From NCBI GenBank assembly GCA_963701295.1, contig OY969585.1:1888001-1952000 (forward strand): a DNA stretch of 64,000 bases, written 5' to 3'. The notes under the pieces are model-generated. The model saw nothing but the letters and a program-made list of their open reading frames with translations. It did not search any database and had not been told where the DNA came from. A program made the translations under genes and the position numbers. This document shows positions 30,029 through 39,698 of the stretch, in pieces. How positions within the stretch are numbered: position 1 is the stretch's first letter; every line of letters starts with the position of its first letter. The stretch is from Ignavibacteriota bacterium. GTDB taxonomy: Bacteria > Bacteroidota > Ignavibacteria > UBA10030.

Positions 30029-32449
30029 ATGAAAGTCTCCCAAAATTGGTTGAAGCAATATATTAGTTTCAAGTTCACGCCTGAGCAATTCACCGAAAAG
30101 CTCTCCATGCTCGGCCTCGAAGTTGAAAGCTATGAAGACCTTTCCAAAAAGTACGACAAATTTGTGGTCGGTGAAGTGCTGGAACGGGCAAAACATCCTA
30201 ATGCGGATCGTCTTTCGGTGTGCAAAGTAAATGTCGGCGGCATAATGCAGGAAGTTGTTTGCGGTGCCCCAAATGTTGCAGCAAGGCAAAAAGTTGCAGT
30301 CGCACTTGTCGGTGCTGTCATTCCCCACAATCAGTATGATGACGAGGGAAAAGCATTTATTCTCGAGCGTGCAAAGATCCGCGGTGTTGAATCCAATGGC
30401 ATGATTTGTTCAGAAAAGGAACTTGATCTTGGAAAAGATGCAGACGGCATTCTTGTCCTCGATGCGGCAGCAAAGGCCGGGACGCCGCTTGCCAAGTATC
30501 TGGGACAAACCGATATTATCTATGAAATTGGAATTACACCAAATCGATCAGATTGTCTAAGTCACATTGGTGTGGCGCGTGAAATCGGTGTACTGGTCAA
30601 TAAAAAAATTAAGCATCCCAAAGTTATACTCAAAGAAAGTAAAACACCGGCATCAAAATTTGCAAAGATAGAAATCCTTGATAAAAATAAATGCCCGCGA
30701 TACTCAGCACGTGTTCTTCAGAATATCAAAATTGGTCCGTCACCGAAATGGCTGCAGAACATCCTGAGTTCGGTTGGTGTTCGTCCAATCAATAATGTAG
30801 TTGATGTAACGAATTATGTTTTGATGGAAACAGGCCATCCATTGCATGCATTCGATTACGATACACTTTCCGGGCACAAGATTGTTGTTAAAACAGCGCA
30901 AGAAGGTGAGAAGTTTGTAACACTCGATGGAAAAGAACGTACACTCACTTCTGATACGCTCATGATTTGCGATGCCGAACGGCCGATCGCAGTAGCCGGT
31001 GTGATGGGTGGTGCAAATACAGAAATCAGTGACATAACGACAAATATTCTCATCGAGAGTGCATATTTTAATCCCCAAAATATTCGGCGAACTTCAAAAT
31101 ACCTTGCCCTTTCCACTGAAGCATCATACAGATTCGAGCGCGGCGCTGATGTTTATATCACCGTCACAGCCGTCAATCGCGCCGCACAAATGATTCAGGA
31201 ACTTGCAGGTGGCGAATTGCTGAACGGCGTGCTTGATGCATATCCTAAAAAACGAAGACAGATCATCGTGAAAGCGCGTGTTTCAAGAATCAATTCTATT
31301 ATTGGAACTTCGTTTTCTAAAGGGCAGATCATTTCTCTTCTGAAGAAAATCGATCTTGCTGTAAAATCATCTTCCAGAGATGAGCTTCTTGTAATGGTTC
31401 CCAGTTTTCGTAATGATATACTTGAAGAGATTGATGTCATAGAAGAAGTAGCGCGTGTGTATGGTTACAATAATATTGAAACAAAAACTCATGCTGCTAT
31501 CGATTTTTCCTCGAATGTGCGAACGGATGCACTTCAGGATGAAGTTCGGGAGTTCCTTATCGGTTCTGGATTCAATGAAATTCTAGCAATCGGTTTGCAA
31601 GATGAAGCAACAATGTCGCTCGCCGGAAAACCCTTAGTCAAGGCGCTCAATCCTGTCAGCGCAGAAATGGCAGCTTTGCGGACAAGTCTGATAACAAGTG
31701 CGCTTGGCATCGTGAAACACAATCGAAATCACGGTATAAAAGATCTGCGTTTGTTCGAACTGGGCAATATTCATTTACTTATCGATGGAAAAGCACCAAA
31801 TTCGCTTGAAGCATATCAAGAAGAAGAACGGCTTTTGATAGTGATCAGCGGTAATCAAGTGCCTGTAAGCTATGGAAATGTATCCCGCGTTGTTGATGTG
31901 TTAGATATGAAAGGGGAAGTTTCGATATTGCTTTCAAAGTTCTGTCTTGACAACTACCGTTTTATTTATTATGATACGCACGAGGTATTAAGTGAACCGT
32001 GTGTAGGTATTGAGATTAATGGCACTTATGCCGGGTTCTTTGGAAAAATCCGGAAACAGATTGCAGAGAAGCTTGATATTGATGAAGCTGTGTTCGTTTG
32101 CGAAATAAATATTCGAGCACTCCGCGACGGCTGGGTGAGAGATCGTAAGTTTTCTCCGTTGCTGAAGTTCCCGAGTGTAACACGCGACTTGGCTTTCACG
32201 GTAGATGTAACGCTTCCGCAAAAAAACGTGGAAGACGTCATCCATCAAGTTGGACAGCCATTATGCACGAACGTTGTTCTTTTTGATACATACAGTGGAC
32301 AGCAGACGGGAAAAGATAAAAAAAGTGTAGCGTATGCTCTTGAATTCCAATCACAGGACCATACATTGACGGAAGAGGAAATTGATCATGCGCTTGCGAA
32401 AATTATCGAAGCCGTTGAGCGGCGATGTAACGGTGTGTTACGCAACTAG
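30029..32449 (+). CDS. pheT: Phenylalanine-tRNA ligase beta subunit
   Basis: HPNADRL, CGAPN, TPNRSD, RFERG. Confidence 0.97.
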   Translation: MKVSQNWLKQYISFKFTPEQFTEKLSMLGLEVESYEDLSKKYDKFVVGEVLERAKHPNADRLSVCKVNVGGIMQEVVCGAPNVAARQKVAVALVGAVIPHNQYDDEGKAFILERAKIRGVESNGMICSEKELDLGKDADGILVLDAAAKAGTPLAKYLGQTDIIYEIGITPNRSDCLSHIGVAREIGVLVNKKIKHPKVILKESKTPASKFAKIEILDKNKCPRYSARVLQNIKIGPSPKWLQNILSSVGVRPINNVVDVTNYVLMETGHPLHAFDYDTLSGHKIVVKTAQEGEKFVTLDGKERTLTSDTLMICDAERPIAVAGVMGGANTEISDITTNILIESAYFNPQNIRRTSKYLALSTEASYRFERGADVYITVTAVNRAAQMIQELAGGELLNGVLDAYPKKRRQIIVKARVSRINSIIGTSFSKGQIISLLKKIDLAVKSSSRDELLVMVPSFRNDILEEIDVIEEVARVYGYNNIETKTHAAIDFSSNVRTDALQDEVREFLIGSGFNEILAIGLQDEATMSLAGKPLVKALNPVSAEMAALRTSLITSALGIVKHNRNHGIKDLRLFELGNIHLLIDGKAPNSLEAYQEEERLLIVISGNQVPVSYGNVSRVVDVLDMKGEVSILLSKFCLDNYRFIYYDTHEVLSEPCVGIEINGTYAGFFGKIRKQIAEKLDIDEAVFVCEINIRALRDGWVRDRKFSPLLKFPSVTRDLAFTVDVTLPQKNVEDVIHQVGQPLCTNVVLFDTYSGQQTGKDKKSVAYALEFQSQDHTLTEEEIDHALAKIIEAVERRCNGVLRN

Positions 32450-32584
32450 CATCGCATATATAAGACCACGCGACACACTGTTTGTTTTCAACAACATTTT
32501 TTTTATTGAAGATAAGTTTATTGGAAAAAGGCATTGATACGGATGTGTAGCCCAAAATCAACCGAACTTATCAGGAGCTGAGGT

Positions 32585-32926
32585 TTGCCTGAGCAGCTTA
32601 TAGATACTGAGACGACAGACAAGAAGGGCTTGAAGCGCCTTGAGGAAGCTCTCCAGACACTTTGGGATAAAGCTCGACATGTGTCCGATGTGCTTCTCCG
32701 ATTAAAAGCAGAAAATAAGGAACTTCAGAGCCGAATTTTGAGTTTAGAATTAAAAGAGCGCCGTTTGATGGAAGAGATTCAACACCGGGAACGTGACTTG
32801 AACGAAATTCGAACACAGCTTGCACAGATACAATCTAATGGCAGTAGTTTATTTTCAAAGGAGGAGTCAGAGGTACTTAAATCACGGCTGAAGGAATTGA
32901 TTGTTAAAATCAATTCACGTGTATGA
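32585..32926 (+). CDS. Coiled-coil protein (ZapB-like position)
   Basis: Heptad-rich sequence between pheT and zapA; TTG start. Confidence 0.65.
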   Translation: MPEQLIDTETTDKKGLKRLEEALQTLWDKARHVSDVLLRLKAENKELQSRILSLELKERRLMEEIQHRERDLNEIRTQLAQIQSNGSSLFSKEESEVLKSRLKELIVKINSRV

Positions 32927-32990
32927 TACGCAAGAACAATGACGGAACGTTGTGGAGAATTCGACAAAAACAATTCAATTGGTCCAAGCG

Positions 32991-33299
32991 ATGAACGGTA
33001 AGAGTATAAAAGTAAAAATATTTGGAAATGAGTACCCGCTTCGGGGAGAGAATGAAGATCTCACAAAGCGCGTGGCATCCTACGTAGATGGAATGTTAAC
33101 GAAGATACACGATAAGATTCCGGAACAGCCGCCGTTGACAGTTGCTGTTCTTTCGGCATTGAATATTACCGAGGATCTTCTGCAGGAACGTGAGAAGCAT
33201 GTACAAGAAGTAACTCATCTGGAAGCGGAAGTAGAAAAACTTTCCAACTATCTCGATAATTGTCTCATTGCCGAACCGACGGACCAACGAAATCAGTAA
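32991..33299 (+). CDS. zapA: Cell division protein ZapA
   Basis: IKVKIFGNEYPL, VAVLSALNI. Confidence 0.88.
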   Translation: MNGKSIKVKIFGNEYPLRGENEDLTKRVASYVDGMLTKIHDKIPEQPPLTVAVLSALNITEDLLQEREKHVQEVTHLEAEVEKLSNYLDNCLIAEPTDQRNQ

Positions 33300-33376
33300 C
33301 AACGTCGCCTGTTCTTTTTACATACGGATGCGGAGGTTTTAAAAACCGCACCATCAGCCGTAATCAATACCATATT

Positions 33377-33564
33377 AAAGAACTTAACAAGTCTGTTAAT
33401 ATGGGAGCTTGACTCATAAGTGTGGAGCACATGCCACTTTTTTCGTCACGACTTGTCGGGACGGAAAGAGCCTGCGATGACTTTCTGCTGAAAGCAGGAA
33501 CGAGCGGACCGTGGAAGCGTGAAATGCTTAGGCGAGCACCCACTGTGTATGAAAAAAGTTCTTT
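33377..33564 (+). ncRNA. ssrS: 6S RNA
   Basis: Position between zapA and rny; terminal pairing AAAGAACTT/AAGTTCTTT; TGGGAGCT/AGCACCCA helix; about 190 nt. Confidence 0.8.
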
Positions 33565-33636
33565 CAATACACTTGATTGTGGCAGATGCGTGCGGTTTTT
33601 TATTTTTATTAAAAGTTGTTTGAACTGAGGAAAGAC

Positions 33637-35199
33637 ATGGAACCTTATATTCTTATTTTTATCGGAGCGTTGATCGGCGGATGTACATTTTTTATGGGTT
33701 GGATTCTGAATGCACGAAGCGGTCAGAACAAAATTATGGACGCTCAGGAACGTGCAAAAAAGATTATTGAAGGAGCAGAAAAAGAATCGATAACCACAAA
33801 GCGTGAAAAGCTTCTCGAAGTGAAGGATGAATGGTACAGGAAGAAAAAAGAGTTTGAAGCTGATGCCCAGGCCAAGCGGTTGAAACAGCAAGCGTACGAA
33901 AAGCAATTGAACAACCGCGAGGAAAATCTGGAGAAGAAGCTTGATCTATTAACAAAAAAAGAGTCAACGCTTCAAACAACCGGAAGAGAAATCGCTGATC
34001 GCCAAAAACGCCTCATCGAACGTGAGAAAGAAGCCGAACGGTTAGTTGAAGAAGAAAATATTCGGCTTGAAAAAATTGCCGGTATTACAAGTGAAGAGGC
34101 AAAAAAATATCTGTACCAAAACCTGATTGAGACAGTGAAATCTGAGGCGACACAGAAGCTGAAAGATATCCGCGATTCTGCGAAACTTGAGGGAAAGAAG
34201 GAAGCTCAGAAAGCTATTATTCAAGCGATCCAACGTTCAGCAGTGGATTTTACGCTGGAGACCACGGTTAGTGTGTTAAATGTCGGCAGTGATGAGATGA
34301 AGGGGCGCATCATCGGACGTGAGGGGCGAAATATCAGAGCGTTTGAAGCTGCCACTGGTATTGATGTTATTGTTGACGATACGCCCGAAGCTGTCATTCT
34401 CTCGGGCTTCGATCCGTTCCGGCGCGAAGTTGCTCGAACAGCATTGGAACGATTGATCGCGGATGGGCGCATCCATCCAGCGCGCATCGAAGAAGTCGTT
34501 GAGAAGGTAAAGAAGGAATTGGAAGAAGAGGTTATCCATACTGGTGAAAATACGCTGCTTGAGATCGGTTTGCATGGTGCACATCCGGAAATTGTGAAGC
34601 ATATTGGGCGGATGAAATATCGTTCCAGTTATGGTCAGAATCTTTTGGAGCATAGCATTGAAGTTGCTTATCTCGCTGGAATCATGGCAGCTGAGCTTCG
34701 GTTAGATCCGATATTAGCGAAACGGGCAGGTCTTTTGCATGATATCGGCAAAACAATTGATAAGAGCGTCGAAGGTCCGCATGCTCTTCTCGGATATGAA
34801 TTTTGCAAAAAATATAATGAACATGCAATTGTCTGTAACGCGGTTGGTTCGCACCACGAAGATATTCCGATGGAACATCCTATCTCAGCATTGGTGCAAG
34901 CGGCAGACTCCATCAGTGGTGCGCGGCCTGGTGCGCGGCGTGAATCGGTGGAAGAGTACATCAAACGGCTGGAAAAATTAGAGAACATAGCAAAATCATT
35001 CAGCGGTGTACTGAGCACATACGCCATTCAGGCGGGGCGTGAAGTGCGTGTAATCGTTAGTCATGAAAAACTGGACGATGCTGCCGCAGACCAGCTTGCA
35101 CACGATATCGCCAACAAGATCGAGCAGGAAATGGAATACCCCGGACAGATCAAAGTTGTTGTGGTACGGGAATTTCGATCGACGGTAGTGGCAAAATAG
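33637..35199 (+). CDS. rny: Ribonuclease Y
   Basis: N-terminal TM, coiled coil, KH GRIIGREGRNI, HD motif LHDIGK. Confidence 0.97.
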   Translation: MEPYILIFIGALIGGCTFFMGWILNARSGQNKIMDAQERAKKIIEGAEKESITTKREKLLEVKDEWYRKKKEFEADAQAKRLKQQAYEKQLNNREENLEKKLDLLTKKESTLQTTGREIADRQKRLIEREKEAERLVEEENIRLEKIAGITSEEAKKYLYQNLIETVKSEATQKLKDIRDSAKLEGKKEAQKAIIQAIQRSAVDFTLETTVSVLNVGSDEMKGRIIGREGRNIRAFEAATGIDVIVDDTPEAVILSGFDPFRREVARTALERLIADGRIHPARIEEVVEKVKKELEEEVIHTGENTLLEIGLHGAHPEIVKHIGRMKYRSSYGQNLLEHSIEVAYLAGIMAAELRLDPILAKRAGLLHDIGKTIDKSVEGPHALLGYEFCKKYNEHAIVCNAVGSHHEDIPMEHPISALVQAADSISGARPGARRESVEEYIKRLEKLENIAKSFSGVLSTYAIQAGREVRVIVSHEKLDDAAADQLAHDIANKIEQEMEYPGQIKVVVVREFRSTVVAK

Positions 35200-35239
35200 C
35201 ATGAAAAAAAATCAAACATCGAGATTTCATTTTAATACT

Positions 35240-35870
35240 ATGTCCTTGCAACATGAGAATATTCTTAAAATTGGTGTGACTGGTGGAATCGGTAGCGGCA
35301 AGACTGCTGTCTGTGATATTTTTGCGCGTCTCGGCGTACCAGTGCTCCATTCGGACGAGATTGCCAAAGAGTTGAGCCATTCGGATCAGGTTATTCGAAA
35401 AAAGCTAATAAGTCTTCTCGGCACGGAGGCATATTTATCTGATGGTACGCTGAATAGACACTTCATTGCATCTAAAATATTTTCCAATAAAGACCTTCAG
35501 CGCAAAGTCGAAGCTCTCATCCATCCTCAAGTTGAAAAAGAGAGAGAGCGCCGAAATCAAGGAATTAATACAACAGGGGCATCGGTTTGTCATTATCGAA
35601 GCTGCACTCATTTATGAAGCCGGGTTGGAGAAGAAACTTGATGGAGTTGTTGTAGTGGATGCTGAAGAGGCAACACGAGTCGCACGTGTGCGTAAGCGGG
35701 ATGGAGTACCTGAGGAGAATGTCTATGCACGTATCAAGGCACAATATGATGTGAAAAAGAAGCTCGAAAAAGCGGATTATGTGATTTACAACAATGGCAC
35801 GCTTGAAGAACTTGAGTTCAAAGTACGATTTCTGTATACTTTATTTAGCCAATTAGTACACGAGGAATGA
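35240..35870 (+). pseudogene. coaE: Dephospho-CoA kinase split by a frameshift at about 35539-35556
   Basis: GVTGGIGSGKT...IHP in one frame; EAALIYE...ADYVIYNNG in the +1 frame. Confidence 0.85.
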
Positions 35871-35871
35871 T

Positions 35872-37059
35872 ATGTCTGAAACCATGGTCGAAAAAGAAGC
35901 AAAGTTTTTTTTTCACACATTTCACCGGCTTCCGCTTGAAATCGACTGTGGCGAAGGAGTGTACCTCTATTCAAAAGACGGCAAGCGCTATGTCGATTTT
36001 TTCGGTGGCTTAGCCGTCAATGCGCTTGGATATAATCATCCGCGTATCAATGCAGCCATTGAGAAACAAATTCACCGCTACATTCATCTTTCCAATTACT
36101 TTGTGCAGGATACGCAGGTAGAGTTGGCGGAGAAAATTATTCAGACAACCGGATTCAAGCGCATCTTTTTTTCAAACAGCGGTACAGAAGCAGTTGAAGG
36201 AGCCATGAAACTTGCACGCAAGTGGGGACAGAAGTCTGAAAAAAAACAGCTGCTCAATCTGACCAATTCGTTTCATGGCAGGACGATGGGTGCGCTTTCG
36301 ATGACGGACAGACCAAAATACCGCGAGGGCTATGATCCGTTTCTCCCCAACACGAACTCGGTTCAATTTAACGATGTGAACGACCTCTGTTCAAAGGTCA
36401 ATAATCGAACGCTTGGTGTTATTCTTGAGTGTATTCAAGGCGAAGGAGGAATTAATGTCGTCACAAAGGAATTTGCGAATGAGTTGTCCATCCTTCAGCA
36501 GAAGTATGGTTTTCTTATCATTGCAGATGAAATTCAGGCGGGAGTCGGACGCACAGGGACGTTTTTTGGTTTCGAACATATGGATATCCATCCCGATATC
36601 GTTGTCATCGCAAAGGCGATTGGCGGTGGGTTGCCCCTTGGTGCGATTTTAGGAAATGAAAGAGTTGCCGAGGTGTTCAGTTATGGCGAGCACGGAACAA
36701 CCTTTGGGGGCAATCCGGTTGCTTGTGCTGCCGGATGTGCTGTGATGGAAGAAGTTATTCAAAAAGGTTTGATGAAACAAGCTGGTTTCATCGGTGCGTA
36801 TATCAAATCGAAGGCGCTGGAAATGCAAAATGAATTTCCATCTATCATCAAAGAAGTGAGAGGATTGGGCTGTATGCTCGGTATCGATATTGATCGAGAT
36901 GGACAACCGATTGTCGATGAACTGCTGAATCGTGGTCTGCTGATTAATTGTACAAACACAACAGTGCTGCGTTTGCTTCCGCCATATATCATCACACAAG
37001 AATTGTGCGACAAGTTGATGCACGAGCTGCGCTCAATATTGAAATCGATAAAAAGATAA
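35872..37059 (+). CDS. argD: Acetylornithine aminotransferase
   Basis: NSGTEA, FHGRT, DEIQAG, AKAIGGG, HGTTFGGN. Confidence 0.88.
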   Translation: MSETMVEKEAKFFFHTFHRLPLEIDCGEGVYLYSKDGKRYVDFFGGLAVNALGYNHPRINAAIEKQIHRYIHLSNYFVQDTQVELAEKIIQTTGFKRIFFSNSGTEAVEGAMKLARKWGQKSEKKQLLNLTNSFHGRTMGALSMTDRPKYREGYDPFLPNTNSVQFNDVNDLCSKVNNRTLGVILECIQGEGGINVVTKEFANELSILQQKYGFLIIADEIQAGVGRTGTFFGFEHMDIHPDIVVIAKAIGGGLPLGAILGNERVAEVFSYGEHGTTFGGNPVACAAGCAVMEEVIQKGLMKQAGFIGAYIKSKALEMQNEFPSIIKEVRGLGCMLGIDIDRDGQPIVDELLNRGLLINCTNTTVLRLLPPYIITQELCDKLMHELRSILKSIKR

Positions 37060-37115
37060 TGAGTATAGCGCAAACACATCACTAGCGAATGCATAACAAA
37101 CAAGGGAACGATGAT

Positions 37116-37571
37116 ATGGCACTCACTGAATCAATGAAGCTCATTCTCACAAGCGCTATTAAAGATTGGACGAAATTCTCGGTTGAACGGGAAAGACTCA
37201 CTTTGGCTGCTAACGACCTTACCGTCATTACACGCAAAGTTGTCCATGATTGTATCCTTTTTTTGAAAACAAATAATATTGATGTTCAATGTGAGTCACA
37301 GGATGAAATGAAAATTCTCGGAATGCTTGTTCACATCGATCCTGTGATTGACGCAACATTTCCTAATGTGAAAGCAAGTGTCGTACTGAAATGCTCGGGT
37401 TCAACAAGATCTATTCTGGTTAATTCGAATATGACAATCTCGGCAGGCGGAATGGTGGTCACATTTGATGAATTGAAAAAAGGTATTCCTGCCGCATTCG
37501 CGACCAATGCTGCAGATTTTGTCAGGGATAGTTTTTTGTATGTTGCCCGTACTGGCGGAAAAGAAGAATGA
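37116..37571 (+). CDS. Hypothetical protein
   Basis: 152-codon ORF within the operon; no recognised motif. Confidence 0.6.
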   Translation: MALTESMKLILTSAIKDWTKFSVERERLTLAANDLTVITRKVVHDCILFLKTNNIDVQCESQDEMKILGMLVHIDPVIDATFPNVKASVVLKCSGSTRSILVNSNMTISAGGMVVTFDELKKGIPAAFATNAADFVRDSFLYVARTGGKEE

Positions 37572-37618
37572 ATCTCGAAAATGTTTCTGTTACTTGTACG
37601 AAAATCGCATAAGAACAA

Positions 37619-38638
37619 ATGGAATTTCAAACGAAACATATTCACGCACCGCAACTCTACGGAAATTTCTGGTTAAATTCAGAACCGGTCTCGCTCCGGG
37701 ATCATATTGGCGAGGTTGTTATCATTGACTTCTGGGACTACACCTGCATCAACTGTATCCGAACTTTTCCATACATCCAAGAGTGGCAGCATAAGTACAA
37801 AGAATTCGGTCTAAGAATTGTCGGAGTACACACTCCCGAATTTGAATTTGCCCGGTCTTCCGAATGTGTGCAAAAAGCAATCGACCATTTTAATATTACA
37901 TACCCGGTGATGCTTGATAATGATGCTCTCATTTGGAATGCATTTGCGGTGCGCTCTTGGCCAACACGCTGTCTCATTGATCGCGATGGATATATTCGCT
38001 TTATGCAGCACGGCGAAGGCGGTTATATGGAGTTCGAACGTGCAATCCAACAATTGTTGATTGAAGCTGGCTGCCATAGCGAACTGCCTGATTTGATGCC
38101 TCCTCTATGCGATGAAGATCAGGTGGGCACTGTCTGTTATCGTCCGACCAGTGAACTCTTCTTTGGATATCTTCGCGGTGCGCTTGGCAATCTGGAGGGC
38201 TATAATCCAGAATCGACTATTGAGTACGCCGACCCAGGCATTTATCTTCCCGAACGTTTTTATGCAACAGGCAAGTGGAAAAATGAGCGTCAGTGTCTGC
38301 GTTTTGATGGGAACACAGGGGAAGACGGTGCCATTCTTTTGCCGTATCAAGCGCGCGAAGTAAATGCAGTCATGGGCTCAAAAGACGGATCATCGTGTGA
38401 AGTGGCTATTCAACAAAATAGCCAGCCACTGAGCAAAGATGCACAAGGTGAAGATATTATACACTTGCCAGGAAGAGCGACATCATTGTTTGTTAATATT
38501 CCGCGCATGTACCAGCTTGTCCATAATAAAGACTTCGGCAGTCACCTCCTGAAGCTGACGACATCGAATCCAAATCTTGAAATCTACACATTCTCTTTTA
38601 CTACTTGTGTTATCCCGGAATTGATTTCTGCAAATTGA
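37619..38638 (+). CDS. Redoxin with DipZ-like C-terminal domain
   Basis: DFWDYTCINC, GVHTPEF, GEGGY, YTFSF. Confidence 0.85.
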   Translation: MEFQTKHIHAPQLYGNFWLNSEPVSLRDHIGEVVIIDFWDYTCINCIRTFPYIQEWQHKYKEFGLRIVGVHTPEFEFARSSECVQKAIDHFNITYPVMLDNDALIWNAFAVRSWPTRCLIDRDGYIRFMQHGEGGYMEFERAIQQLLIEAGCHSELPDLMPPLCDEDQVGTVCYRPTSELFFGYLRGALGNLEGYNPESTIEYADPGIYLPERFYATGKWKNERQCLRFDGNTGEDGAILLPYQAREVNAVMGSKDGSSCEVAIQQNSQPLSKDAQGEDIIHLPGRATSLFVNIPRMYQLVHNKDFGSHLLKLTTSNPNLEIYTFSFTTCVIPELISAN

Positions 38639-39391
38639 TCAGAGTAACATCCAAAAAGTGATAAAAAAGAGAGACCTCTGAATAATCGGTTTTATCATAA
38701 TAGTAGTCAACCTTCAGGTGGAAAAATAAAATGAAGCATCGGGTTGTGCCAAAATCATTATTATTGGGGCTAAAGTCCAAACTATTCTTGCAATACTTAA
38801 ACCCCGAAATAAATGTCAGGGCTATGAAAACATCCATCGTGCGTAATATCAGTGAATAACACCTGCGGTAAGGCCCAAAAATTTCCGTGACGTCTATCAT
38901 TGCTTCTCATATAATGAAAGGCGAAGTTAGAACAAAAACAAACGATCAGATAAATGAAAATAATAAGCAGCTCCTGGTGTATTGATTTAAAATGCAGAGT
39001 TACATTTATTTTGACATACGTATATCCATATGTGAAAAACATAAAAAAAAACTCGGTTTTTATGGGACCGATGAATATATTGACAGCGAATACTAGTAGA
39101 GAAAAAGAGGTTTTTATTAGTGACTTACATAAACAAGGAAGTTGAAAACAATAAAGATTTTATATGATCGGAGTTCATGATCAGGATACCAGTTTAATTC
39201 GTCCAAAATCTATTTATTTATAATACTGGGAATTTCCTCGGACACCTGTTGCTTTTTAAGCAAGGAAAAGCGAAATTTAAACTCTATATATAACCGATAG
39301 TATACAATAGAGTGGAAAAACAGCTCATAAGATACACATACCTCAGTAAATAACCGAAAAGGAGGTTTTTGAAAAAAACTTAAAAAAACTA

Positions 39392-39420
39392 TTGACATTT
39401 CAACGGATAATTCATATTCT
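39392..39420 (+). promoter_or_regulatory. Sigma70 promoter with about 270-nt leader
   Basis: TTGACA-N17-TATTCT with an upstream A-rich tract. Confidence 0.65.
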
Positions 39421-39698
39421 CTGATAGTCATAGGTGAAAGGGGTTGTGGTAATTGGTGAATTATTCAAGAGTTAGTGAAAAATTCGCCGAACTCAAAATG
39501 TTACTTGATGAAAAAACAATAAAAAAAATGTCAAATATGAATGCTTATAAAAGGAAGGGAAAATTATATGTTAGGAAATATACCGCCTTAATTTTTGTTT
39601 CTCTCAATGGAAGCAAATTTGAATTTTTTCCAAGTTCAAATGCTTTTTCAAGTTTTAAATCATATCTACATTATCTCTTATCATAATCGGAGGTACAA

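Noticed and set aside
33364-33906. ORFs over the zapA-rny interval
   Set aside because: They overlap the 6S RNA and the antisense strand of rny.
38735-38752. Minus-strand TGGCACAACCCGATGC as a sigma54 promoter
   Set aside because: GG-GC spacing is 11 rather than 10, and no gene lies downstream.
39453-39686. 77-aa ORF in the surface-gene leader
   Set aside because: TTG start, low-complexity AT-rich sequence, no motif; better explained as UTR.
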